A stretch of DNA of 64,000 nt, taken from NCBI GenBank assembly GCA_046262615.1, contig JBHEML010000002.1, positions 6,645 through 70,644 of the forward strand, written 5' to 3'. Under the pieces are notes generated by a model that saw only the letters and a list, made by a program, of their open reading frames with translations, had not been told where the DNA came from and did not search any database. Shown here piece after piece: positions 31,399 to 39,888 of the stretch; the first letter of the stretch is position 1, and every line of letters starts with the position of its first letter. Position numbers and translations under genes: made by a program. The stretch is from Candidatus Limnocylindria bacterium (GTDB lineage: Bacteria > Chloroflexota > Limnocylindria > P2-11E).

Positions 31399-32258
31399 GG
31401 GGCCGGCAGAGTCGCCTGCTCGACCTCCGGAAGATCGTCGCCGAAGACCGTGCGCGCGACCGCGCGGAAGCGAACGAGAGGGCCGGTCGCGAAGACGGCG
31501 TGCCTCGGGGACGGTCCGGAATTGATCAGCCGGTGGGAATCGAGGACCTCCCGGACCGCGAGGGCCGTCGTGGCGGCGGAGTCGACGACGCGCACCCCGG
31601 GCCCCGCAACGCCTTCGATCGCCGCGCGGAGAAGCGGGTAGTGCGTGCAGCCGAGGAGCAGCGTGTCGACGACCGGCGCCACGACGCCGCCGTCCTCGAT
31701 GAGCGGGCGGACGTACTCGCGCACCGCGGCCTCCGCCTCCTCGGTGGCAGCCCTTCCCGCCTCGACGAGGGGCACCAGCTTTGGGCACGGCTGCTGCGCG
31801 ACGTCGACGAGCGGGTCGAGGTCCCGAAGTGCGCGCAGGTACGAGCCGGAGCGGACGGTCGCCACGGTCGCGAGCACGCCGATGGAACGGCGCGAGGACG
31901 CGCCGAGCGCCGCAGCGGCCCCCGGTCGGACGACGCCTATCACCGGTACCGCCTGCTCATCTCTGACCGATTCGAGCGCCACGGCCGTCGCCGTATTGCA
32001 CGCCAGCACGATCATCTTGCACCGCGACCGCGCGAACCATTCCATCGCCTGACGCGTGAACTCGAGGACCTCCACCGGCTCGCGTGACCCGTACGGCATG
32101 CGCGCCTCGTCACCCAGGTAGATCGTCGATTCGCCGGGCAGATGGCGGCGGAGCTCGCGGAGCACCGTCAGGCCGCCGACGCCCGAGTCGAACACACCGA
32201 TGGGCCGATCGACCCGCCCGGTCTCCTCCGACGCCCGGCGAAGAGGGTCAGCGACGAT
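31395..32258 (-). CDS. murI: glutamate racemase
   Basis: PIGVFDSGVGGLTV, VLACNTA and LGCTHYP motifs. Start is unresolved: there is no ATG/GTG/TTG between GTG 32411 (164-nt overlap with the upstream gene) and GTG 32195 (inside the conserved N-terminus). The end given here is the near-cognate ATC at 32256-32258. Confidence 0.85.
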   Translation of the reverse strand: MVADPLRRASEETGRVDRPIGVFDSGVGGLTVLRELRRHLPGESTIYLGDEARMPYGSREPVEVLEFTRQAMEWFARSRCKMIVLACNTATAVALESVRDEQAVPVIGVVRPGAAAALGASSRRSIGVLATVATVRSGSYLRALRDLDPLVDVAQQPCPKLVPLVEAGRAATEEAEAAVREYVRPLIEDGGVVAPVVDTLLLGCTHYPLLRAAIEGVAGPGVRVVDSAATTALAVREVLDSHRLINSGPSPRHAVFATGPLVRFRAVARTVFGDDLPEVEQATLPAP

Positions 32259-33354
32259 GCTGGGTGACGAGGGCGGTCGCCAGGCCGTCGATCGCCTGAG
32301 ACAGCAGCGCGTCAGGATCGGACAGCACGAACGGCTGAAGGGCGTTGTTCGCCGTGCTCGTGATCGCAGCGTCGGCCGGCAGCTCCGCCAGGACAGGCAG
32401 CCCGAGCGCACGCTCGATCGCCGCCCCGTCCAGCCCTCCCCCGCCGCATGCGCCGTTGATGACCAGGAGCAGCGGCTTGTGCCCTCGATAGCCGAGAGCG
32501 TCGAAGACCTCGATCGCCAGGCGCGCGTTCGCGACGCTGGATGGAGCGCTCGTCACCACCAGAAGCACGACCGAGGCGGCGTCGAGGATGGCGAGGGTGT
32601 CGTCGGACATGCGGGCGGCACAGTCCACCACCACGTATTCATGGTCATCCGCGAGCAGCTGCATCGCGTGCGCGACCTCCGCCGCGGCGACTAGATCAGC
32701 CTCCTCCGGCCGAGGCGGCGCAAGGAGCGTCGCGACGCCGCCCGGTCCCTCCCACACGACGTCGCCAAGGGAGGCGCGCATCGCGGCCCCGGCCGGGAGA
32801 TCGACGAGCGACCTAGCCGAACCGGGGACCGGCAGAAGGTGCCGTACGGAACCGAACTGCATGACGCCGTCGAAGAGCGCGACGGTCGAGCCGCGGCGCC
32901 GGAGCGCGCACGCGAGGTTGACGGCGATCGTCGTTCGCCCGGCGCCGCCCTGCGGGGAGTAGACGGCGACCATGCTGCCCTTGCCAGGACTCCGCACCGT
33001 CGCGGTCCCGCCCAGCGCGTCCCCGAGGTCGTTCGCGCCCCCGGGAAGCACGAACACCGCATCGACCGAATCCTCGGACGCCGATTCCATGGGCCGCTGC
33101 GGCACGGTGATCATCACGATGCGCGTCCCCGGAGACGCGGCCCGGACACGCTTGGCGACCTCCGGTCCGGACACCTTTCCCTGGAGTAGCGCGTCGACCA
33201 TGAGAACGTCCGGCCTTTCGGCGGCGGCCTGCGTTAGCGCGTCGTCCGCCGACGCGTGGACGCCGGTGAGCTGGACGTCCTTCTCACGCGCGAGCATCGA
33301 CCGCAGATGCTCGGCGACCTGCGGAACGTCCTCGACCAGCAGAACCCGCTTCAC
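32248..33354 (-). CDS. response-regulator receiver domain fused to a ParA/MinD-like (CpaE/TadZ-type) ATPase domain
   Basis: 368-aa ORF. Receiver: RVLLVEDVP...DVLMVDALL...IVMITV. ATPase-like: MVAVYSPQGGAGRTTIAVNLA...VVVDCA. Walker A deviates from KGGxGK[ST]. Confidence 0.8.
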   Translation of the reverse strand: MKRVLLVEDVPQVAEHLRSMLAREKDVQLTGVHASADDALTQAAAERPDVLMVDALLQGKVSGPEVAKRVRAASPGTRIVMITVPQRPMESASEDSVDAVFVLPGGANDLGDALGGTATVRSPGKGSMVAVYSPQGGAGRTTIAVNLACALRRRGSTVALFDGVMQFGSVRHLLPVPGSARSLVDLPAGAAMRASLGDVVWEGPGGVATLLAPPRPEEADLVAAAEVAHAMQLLADDHEYVVVDCAARMSDDTLAILDAASVVLLVVTSAPSSVANARLAIEVFDALGYRGHKPLLLVINGACGGGGLDGAAIERALGLPVLAELPADAAITSTANNALQPFVLSDPDALLSQAIDGLATALVTQHRR

Positions 33355-33364
33355 GAGCGGCAGT

Positions 33365-34066
33365 CTACGAGAACGTTCGCACGCGAAGGCTATGCCCGCG
33401 CCGCGTGAAGAGCGCGCCGATGACCGCGACGGCGCCCGCGAGAGCGACGAAGCTCAGGCCGGCGCGCAGCGTCACACCCGACCAGTACGGCTCGGGATAC
33501 AGCGCGAGGAGATTGCTCGTCGCCGGGTCGAAGGCGAAGTTGCCCTCGGGGAAGAAGATCTCGTGGAACAGCAGGAAAGCGGGCTCGAACGCCAGGGCCG
33601 CGATCGCGACCACGAGCGCGACCAGGGTCGCCGACGCGATGGCTCCGTCGCGCGCGACGAGCGCGAGCTGGCGCATCCCACCTGTGGACACCGACCGTGC
33701 GAGGATCAGGCCAAGCCATGCGACCGCCACCGTGAAGGCGGTCCTGACCCCGGACACGACCGCGCGAACGTCGCGCAGGTGCGCGGTCTCGGCGACGTCG
33801 AAGATCGGCGCTCCGTCGGTCGTCGTGGGAAGCACCTCGCCCGCGCCCTCGACGAACGAGACCGTTTGGCGGTGGAACGCCGCCATTCGGTCCAGGTCGT
33901 ACACCGGCGACCCGGCCACGTGGAACCGCGCCGGAGCGAATCCTCCAGCGCGCGCGAGGTCACGATAGGTGCCCTCCCCCGCGAACATGTAGGCCGCGAG
34001 AAGGGTGCCGGCTATCGCGAAGGCGACGGCGAAGAAGCCAGTCGCCAGGGGCCGCGGCAGGCGCAT
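33365..34066 (-). CDS. DUF1461 / TIGR01906-family integral membrane protein (Lit-like)
   Basis: C-terminal 233 aa of the 330-aa ORF, starting at MRLPRPLATGFFAVAF. Has the family-typical LFHEIFFPEGNFAFDPATSNLLALYPEPYW. ATG shares 1 nt with the upstream TGA. Confidence 0.75.
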   Translation of the reverse strand: MRLPRPLATGFFAVAFAIAGTLLAAYMFAGEGTYRDLARAGGFAPARFHVAGSPVYDLDRMAAFHRQTVSFVEGAGEVLPTTTDGAPIFDVAETAHLRDVRAVVSGVRTAFTVAVAWLGLILARSVSTGGMRQLALVARDGAIASATLVALVVAIAALAFEPAFLLFHEIFFPEGNFAFDPATSNLLALYPEPYWSGVTLRAGLSFVALAGAVAVIGALFTRRGHSLRVRTFS

Positions 34067-35094
34067 CAACCTGACGCGCGAGGCACCGCGCCGAGACCCG
34101 GACGGTCGCTGAAAACGAAGCGGCCGTTTCGCACGGCGACCGCTTCGAAGGGGTCGTCCACGATGAGCAGGTTGCCGTCGAGATCCGCCCACTCGACTGA
34201 TGGCGCGAGGTGGGCCGCGGCCGCGATGCCGACGCTGGTCTCGCCGGCGCGGCAGCCGAGCATGACGCGAAGGCCGAGATCGCGCGCAAGCGAGATCATC
34301 CGGCGCGCCTCTGCGATGCCGCCGCACTTCTGAAGCTTGACGTTGACGCCGTCGCACGCGTCCGCCAAGCAGGGAAGATCCGCCGAGCTGACGGCGGCCT
34401 CGTCGGCGACGATCGGCAGGACCGAGCGCTCGCGGACCCTCCGCAGGCCCTGGACGTCGCGCGGATCGACGGGCTGCTCAACGAATTCGACGTCGAAGGG
34501 AGCGATCTCGGCGATCAGCGCCGGTGCGCGTTCGGCCGGCCACGCTCCGTTGGGATCGACGCGGATCGGACCGGCGTAGCGCTCGCGGATCGCCGCAAGT
34601 ATCGCGGTCGCACCCTCGCTCCCGAGCTTCACCTTGAGCACGCGATATCCCTTCGCGGCGGCGGCCGCTGCCCGCTCGGCCATGACCGCCGGTTCAGCCA
34701 GCCCGATCGTGAACGAGGTCGGAGGCGCCTCGCCGTCGGCCAGGCCGACGAGCTCGCGAAGCGTGACGCCCGCCACCTGCGCGGCGCGGTCGTGCGCCAG
34801 CACGTCGAGCGCGCACGCGGCCGCGCCTCCGTGGGGAAAGCGCTCGGCGATGCGGGAACACGCACCCGCGAGGTCGCTTGGGTCGTCGCCGATCAGCTCG
34901 AGCGCGGAGCGTATCTCCGTCTCGATCGTCCCTGGCGTCTCGTCGAAGTACGCATCCGCCGCTGCTTCCCCGCGGGCGATCCTGCCTCCATCGTCGAGCT
35001 CGACGAGCACGACGCTCCGCGACGTGCGCACCGAACGCGAGATCGCGAAGGGCACCTCGAGGTGCACCTCGAGCGTCCGCACCGTCGCCTTCAC
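34066..35094 (-). CDS. enolase-superfamily dipeptide (L-Ala-D/L-Glu) epimerase-like racemase
   Basis: 342-aa ORF. VLKVKLG, IRVDPNGAW, EQP, VADE and NVKLQKCGG metal/acid-base motifs of the MLE/dipeptide epimerase subgroup. Confidence 0.85.
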   Translation of the reverse strand: MKATVRTLEVHLEVPFAISRSVRTSRSVVLVELDDGGRIARGEAAADAYFDETPGTIETEIRSALELIGDDPSDLAGACSRIAERFPHGGAAACALDVLAHDRAAQVAGVTLRELVGLADGEAPPTSFTIGLAEPAVMAERAAAAAAKGYRVLKVKLGSEGATAILAAIRERYAGPIRVDPNGAWPAERAPALIAEIAPFDVEFVEQPVDPRDVQGLRRVRERSVLPIVADEAAVSSADLPCLADACDGVNVKLQKCGGIAEARRMISLARDLGLRVMLGCRAGETSVGIAAAAHLAPSVEWADLDGNLLIVDDPFEAVAVRNGRFVFSDRPGLGAVPRASG

Positions 35095-36188
35095 GTCCGG
35101 CCACCCGTGGCGCGCAGCACCGCGTCGGCGAGCCGGTCGGCGCCCGCCGCGTCGCGCACTGGGTCGGCTGCGGGAAGGCCCGTCGAAGCTTCAGCCCGCG
35201 CCACCGCGGCGCGGGCTTCGCCCGGCTCGAGCGCGCTCGTGTTCAGCGCCACCGCGGCCACCGGCACGCGCGGCGATCCCAGCGGCCGCGACCACAGCGC
35301 TGCGTCTTCATTGAGCGCGACCAGATCTGGTAACGCCCGCAGGGGTAGCCCGGGATGGCCCTTGATCGCGCCCCGCGCCGCGTCGTGACAGAGCAGCAGC
35401 ACGTCCGGAGCGCTCCCGTGCAGCAGGCCAAGCGTGACCCCCGAGAAACCCGGATGGGTCAGCGAGCCCTGCCCCTCCACGACGACCCAGTCGGCGCCGT
35501 CCGCCGCGTCGCAGGCCAGCCGTTCGGCGGCGCCCGCGATGAAGTCGGCCACCACGGCGTCGACGCAGATGCCCGCGCCGCTGATCGCGATCCCTGTCTG
35601 CCCCGTCGCGACGAAGGCGGAGCGGACGCCCGCGCGCCCGAACGCGGCGTGCAGTTCGAGCGAGGCGGTCATCTTCCCCACGGCCGCATCGGAGCCGACC
35701 GTCAGGACGACGCGCGAGCCAGGCCTGCGGACTCGGTGGCCGCCCACCCCGAGATCCGACGGCGGGGCGCGCAGCTCCCACACCCGCCCGCCGCCGTCCT
35801 GCGCCGCACGGGCGAGTTCCGGGTCGGCCGTGATGCGCTCGTGCAGGCCGTTCCATATCTCCAGCCCGCATCGCAGCGCCTCGCTGAGCGGAGCGCGGTA
35901 CTGAGCCGGCACGCGGCCACCGGGAGAGGCCGTGCCGATGAGGAGTACCTCGGCGCCCGCAGCCGCCACCTCGGCGACGGTCGCGACGATCGGGATACCC
36001 CGCCCGACGCCGATCGCCGCCTCGGCATCCCGGCCGGCGCAGCACGAGTCGAGGACCGCGACGACGGGGTAGGGCGCATAGCGGATGACGCCCATGGCGG
36101 TCTTCGCGGTCGCCGGCGCGAACAGTCCCTCCGCGAGGATGGCGACGCGCGGGCCCCGGCGGCTCGCGTCGCGCCGAGCCTCAAACAC
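35091..36188 (-). CDS. DUF1611 domain protein (DgcN-like putative N-acetyltransferase)
   Basis: 365-aa ORF. VGSDAAVGKMTASLEL, ATGQTGIAISG and VEGQGSLTHPGFSG are DUF1611 hallmarks. Stop overlaps the epimerase start. Confidence 0.8.
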   Translation of the reverse strand: MFEARRDASRRGPRVAILAEGLFAPATAKTAMGVIRYAPYPVVAVLDSCCAGRDAEAAIGVGRGIPIVATVAEVAAAGAEVLLIGTASPGGRVPAQYRAPLSEALRCGLEIWNGLHERITADPELARAAQDGGGRVWELRAPPSDLGVGGHRVRRPGSRVVLTVGSDAAVGKMTASLELHAAFGRAGVRSAFVATGQTGIAISGAGICVDAVVADFIAGAAERLACDAADGADWVVVEGQGSLTHPGFSGVTLGLLHGSAPDVLLLCHDAARGAIKGHPGLPLRALPDLVALNEDAALWSRPLGSPRVPVAAVALNTSALEPGEARAAVARAEASTGLPAADPVRDAAGADRLADAVLRATGGRT

Positions 36189-37080
36189 CCGGCCCCGAGC
36201 CCGCGGCGCGGCCTGCGGGAGCCGAGCGACGCGGCCGGGCCTGAGCGGGCGCTGGTCCCGCGCGCCCAGAGTTCCCGTTCGGCCGCGGGAATCCCGCCAC
36301 GATCAGCAGCCTCGCGGAGTGCTCGCCTGCTGGCGAACCGTCGAAATCGCCGTGGACCGATTCGATCGGCAGTCCGGCTTGGGCGAAGAGCAGCTCGGCC
36401 TCCCGGCGATATAGATGGTGGAGCGTCACGCGCCGCTGCATGCGCCGGACGCTCCGGTCGTCGCCGACCTCGTCGTAGCGCACGGAAACAAGCGTGCGCT
36501 CCGCGCTCGTGCGACTGCTGGTGAACTTGGTGACCTCGTGACCGGTGAGCGGATCGCGCCTCGTCCAGTCCTCGACCAGGAGCCCCTCGGCGGCGCCGGT
36601 CCCGGTGGGGTCTGGCTGGAACACATCGAGCGCGACACGGCCCCGCGGGAGGAGATGAGCGCGAACGCTGGCGAGGCAGGCGGCGCGCCCCTCGGGTTCG
36701 AACTCGAGAAAGGTGTTGAACGCGATCACGATGAGCTGAAACTTCTCTCCGAGCGCGAGAGCGACAGCGTCGCCTTCGCGGTACTCCACTCCGACCGCCG
36801 CGCCCGACCGGCGGCGCGCGCGGGAGAGCATGGCGGCGGAGCGGTCGATGCCGACGACCCGGTGACCATCGAGGGCGAGAGGCACTGCGATCCTCCCGGT
36901 ACCGCAGCCGATCTCCAGCACCGGACCGCCGAGGCGCTGAGCGAGCGCCCGGAACCACTCAACGTCATCGGTACCCGGCCCGCCGGCCGATAGTGGCGCG
37001 TCATTGTCCAAGTCGTACAGCGCCGCCGCCCACTGGGCCTCGTCGGGAGGCACCGGCGCGCCCGACCAATCGACCGGCAC
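36181..37080 (-). CDS. class I SAM-dependent methyltransferase
   Basis: 299-aa ORF with motif I VLEIGCGTGRIAVPLA and VVGIDRSAAML. Overlaps the DUF1611 start by 8 nt. Confidence 0.85.
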   Translation of the reverse strand: MPVDWSGAPVPPDEAQWAAALYDLDNDAPLSAGGPGTDDVEWFRALAQRLGGPVLEIGCGTGRIAVPLALDGHRVVGIDRSAAMLSRARRRSGAAVGVEYREGDAVALALGEKFQLIVIAFNTFLEFEPEGRAACLASVRAHLLPRGRVALDVFQPDPTGTGAAEGLLVEDWTRRDPLTGHEVTKFTSSRTSAERTLVSVRYDEVGDDRSVRRMQRRVTLHHLYRREAELLFAQAGLPIESVHGDFDGSPAGEHSARLLIVAGFPRPNGNSGRAGPAPAQARPRRSAPAGRAAGSGPGV

Positions 37081-37084
37081 GCTC

Positions 37085-38263
37085 TCACCTCGAGGCGTCG
37101 AATGCTTCCCGGATATCGCGGGCGAGGGACGGCCGGCAGAGGACGTCGCAGGCGGTCATGGCGATCGCCTTGGCCGCCAGGCGCATCGTCTCGAGGGCCA
37201 GAGGCTCGCAGGCCGCGGCGGCGAAGTCGTGGGAGTGGCCGGCCACCGGACCGTTGGTGACCGCCAGGAACGGGTGTATGCCAGGCACGACCGTGGTCAC
37301 GTTGCCCATGTCCGTGGACCCATGGGTATCGCCCGGAGCGCGCGGTCGCATGTCCCGTCCCAGCGCCCTGGCGTTCGCACTGAACGCTTCGGCGAGCGGG
37401 CCGTTCGAGCGGACCAGCTCGCACGTGTCGCTCCATGCGTGTTCGAGCGAGCAGCCCGTCGCCTTCGCCGCTCCCTCGAAACACGCCATGACGCGATCCT
37501 GAAGCTCGCGGAGGTACGCGTTGTCCGGCGACCGGACCATCAGCCGGGCGGCGGCGCGCTCGGGAATGATGTTCGCGGCCGAGCCGCCATCCGTGATCAC
37601 GCCGTGGATCCGCGAGTCTGAACGCACGAGCTGACGCAGCGACGCGATGGCGTTCCATCCGAGGACCAACCCGTCGAGGGCGTTGATCCCGGCGTGCGGT
37701 TCCGCCGCGGCGTGCGCCGCCCGCCCGCTGAACGTGACGTCGAGGCTGACCATCGCGAGCATGAGCGGGTCGAGCTCGTCGCGGTCCCCGGGGTGGAACA
37801 TCAGGGCCGCATCGACGCCGCTGAACTCGCCGGAGTGGATGAGCGCGACCTTCCCATTCCCCCGCTCCTCGGCGGGACATCCGAGAAGCCGCACAGAGCC
37901 GCGCGATCCGCCCTCCCCGATGACATCGCGCACAGCGAGAAATGCGCCCAGCGCAGCGGCGGCGATGAGGTTGTGTCCGCATGCGTGGCCCACACCAGGA
38001 AGCGCGTCGTACTCGGCGAGGATGGCGACGGTCGGTCCGGGACCCGCGCCCGCGTCGACGCGGAACGCGGTCGACAGTCCGGCGACGCCGCGATCCACGG
38101 CCAGCCGGTCCCCCTCGAGCGTGTCGCACAGGAGGGAACACGCGTGGATCTCCTCGAAGGCGAGCTCGGGGCGTGCGTGGATGCGTAGCGCCAGGTCGTC
38201 AAGCAGCTGCGCGCGATCGTCGACGCGCGCGGCGGCGCGCGCCTTCAGTTGATCGAGCTGCAT
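37085..38263 (-). CDS. M20-family amidohydrolase/peptidase (AbgB/hippuricase-like)
   Basis: 392-aa ORF. IHARPELAFEE, EYDALPGVGHACGHNLIAAA and later GSTDMGNV motifs. Confidence 0.88.
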   Translation of the reverse strand: MQLDQLKARAAARVDDRAQLLDDLALRIHARPELAFEEIHACSLLCDTLEGDRLAVDRGVAGLSTAFRVDAGAGPGPTVAILAEYDALPGVGHACGHNLIAAAALGAFLAVRDVIGEGGSRGSVRLLGCPAEERGNGKVALIHSGEFSGVDAALMFHPGDRDELDPLMLAMVSLDVTFSGRAAHAAAEPHAGINALDGLVLGWNAIASLRQLVRSDSRIHGVITDGGSAANIIPERAAARLMVRSPDNAYLRELQDRVMACFEGAAKATGCSLEHAWSDTCELVRSNGPLAEAFSANARALGRDMRPRAPGDTHGSTDMGNVTTVVPGIHPFLAVTNGPVAGHSHDFAAAACEPLALETMRLAAKAIAMTACDVLCRPSLARDIREAFDASR

Positions 38264-38284
38264 CGGCCCTGAAGCGTATCCAAC

Positions 38285-38641
38285 TCAGGCGCCGCGCGCG
38301 GACACCACCGCCTCTGCCGCCACGAACGCGAGTAGCACGAACGCACCGGTCAACGGGGTGAGACCGTCAGCCGCCCGCAGGATCGCGAGCAATGCAACGG
38401 CCCCGCCGATCTCGGCGCCCCTGCGCAGCGATATCCGGCGGGCGCGAACCGATGCGCGGCCGCGGGTGCTCCGGGCAGGGTCCAGGTGCAGCGCCACGAA
38501 CGATGCGAGCGCTCCGGTCGCGACAGCGGCGGCCACCACCACGCTGGGCACCGCGAACTGCTCCGCTGGGTCCCGCATGTTGACGATCCAGATGAGTACC
38601 GCCGCGGCGGCCGCGGCGACGAATAGAAGGCCGCGTCCCAT
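38285..38641 (-). CDS. hypothetical membrane protein
   Basis: 118-aa ORF with three to four hydrophobic helices. Starts directly after the rmuC stop. No family recognised. Confidence 0.5.
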   Translation of the reverse strand: MGRGLLFVAAAAAAVLIWIVNMRDPAEQFAVPSVVVAAAVATGALASFVALHLDPARSTRGRASVRARRISLRRGAEIGGAVALLAILRAADGLTPLTGAFVLLAFVAAEAVVSARGA

Positions 38642-39745
38642 TCAGTTCCGGCGCCGTACCAGGGGCAACACGCGCGGCTCGAGCCGCTCGGGATCTTCGT
38701 TGGCGAGCGGCAGTTCCTCTTGTTCGGGCGCGGCGGGCAAAGGCGCGCGAGCCAGACTCTCGATCGCCATCGACACGCGGTCGAGCGCCCGCTCCGACTC
38801 GACGTGTTTCTTGGCCGCATTCTCTAGGTGCCGCCCCAGCTGCTCGTGCAGCGCCGCGAACCGGCCCACCTCGCGGACGAGCTGCTCGATACCCAGTTGG
38901 ATCTCTCTCGTTCGTTCCTGGATCGACAGACCGCGCAGGCCGAAGGACACGAGTTGGAGGTACGCCATCAACGTGTTCGGGGACGTCGGGATCACCTTGC
39001 GCCGTGCGCAGTAGGCGTGCAGGTCGAATTCCGCGTCCGGTCTCACGACCGCTTCGTAATAAACGTTCTCGGCGGGGATGTACATGAAGGCGTAGTCGAT
39101 GGTGCCAGCCGCCGGCACGATGTACTTGGCCACCGCGTCGATGTGCCGCCGCGTCTGCTGCATGAAGCTCCGGCGCCTCGCGCGCCGTTCGCCGTCGTCG
39201 GACGCGGCGAGCGCGCTCCACGACTCCATGGGGAACTTCGCGTCGATCGGCACCATTCGGCCTCCGAAGCGAACCACCGCATCCACCCGGGTGCCGTCCG
39301 GGAACGCGTACTGGAGCTCGTAGGCATCGGCCGGGAGCGCATCTTCCAGGACCCGCTGCATCAACAACTCTCCGAACCCGCCGCGGTGCTTCGGCGCGCG
39401 CAGAAGGTCGTGCAGCGACCCGATGTCGCGGGCCAACTCCCCGATGCGGACGTTCTGCTCCTCCAGCGTGCCGAGCTGGCGCGACACATCACCGAGGGCG
39501 CGGTTTGTCGACCCGGTCTGGGTGAGCACCTGCTGCTCGGTCGCGCCCAGCGACTGGACGAACTGCCCCCGCAGGTCCGCAAGCGCCTCCTGGTGCGCGG
39601 TCCGCAGGTCACCGAGCGCGCGTTCCATGAGCAAGGCGTGCCCCCCATCGCCGCGGCCGCGGGCCCACAGCGCGGCGGCCACGACGAGCGCGGCGAGAGC
39701 AACGAGGAGGACCGTGCCGATCGCAACGGTCGCCAGCGGCTCCAT
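38642..39745 (-). CDS. rmuC: DNA recombination protein RmuC
   Basis: From ATG 39745: TM helix MEPLATVAIGTVLLVALAALVV, coiled coil, then VPIDAKFPME...YAFMYIPAENVYY (RmuC nuclease-like core). The 21-codon extension to TTG 39808 has AT-ending codons atypical for this genome and contains an SOS box. Confidence 0.88.
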   Translation of the reverse strand: MEPLATVAIGTVLLVALAALVVAAALWARGRGDGGHALLMERALGDLRTAHQEALADLRGQFVQSLGATEQQVLTQTGSTNRALGDVSRQLGTLEEQNVRIGELARDIGSLHDLLRAPKHRGGFGELLMQRVLEDALPADAYELQYAFPDGTRVDAVVRFGGRMVPIDAKFPMESWSALAASDDGERRARRRSFMQQTRRHIDAVAKYIVPAAGTIDYAFMYIPAENVYYEAVVRPDAEFDLHAYCARRKVIPTSPNTLMAYLQLVSFGLRGLSIQERTREIQLGIEQLVREVGRFAALHEQLGRHLENAAKKHVESERALDRVSMAIESLARAPLPAAPEQEELPLANEDPERLEPRVLPLVRRRN

Positions 39746-39777
39746 GTGCGCGGCAGTTTGGCACGCGACGGAGCAAC

Positions 39778-39789
39778 GAACAAGTGTTC
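39778..39789 (-). promoter_or_regulatory. GAAC-N4-GTTC SOS (LexA/Cheo-type) box upstream of rmuC
   Basis: cGAACaagtGTTCt, 33-44 nt upstream of the rmuC ATG, in a locally AT-richer spacer. Confidence 0.5.
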
Positions 39790-39855
39790 TAATAGCGGTC
39801 AAAGACAATGGGCGGGCGAGCCCGCGAATAGCACTGCAGTGGTCTTATCAGCCGG

Positions 39856-39875
39856 GCGTCTTTGCGGAAAGACGC
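39856..39875 (-). terminator. stem-loop after the helicase-nuclease gene (weak terminator candidate)
   Basis: GCGTCTTT-gcgg-AAAGACGC, a perfect 8-bp stem starting 14 nt downstream of the stop at 39889. No U-tract follows, so function is uncertain. Confidence 0.3.
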
Positions 39876-39888
39876 GAGGACGTGTGGT

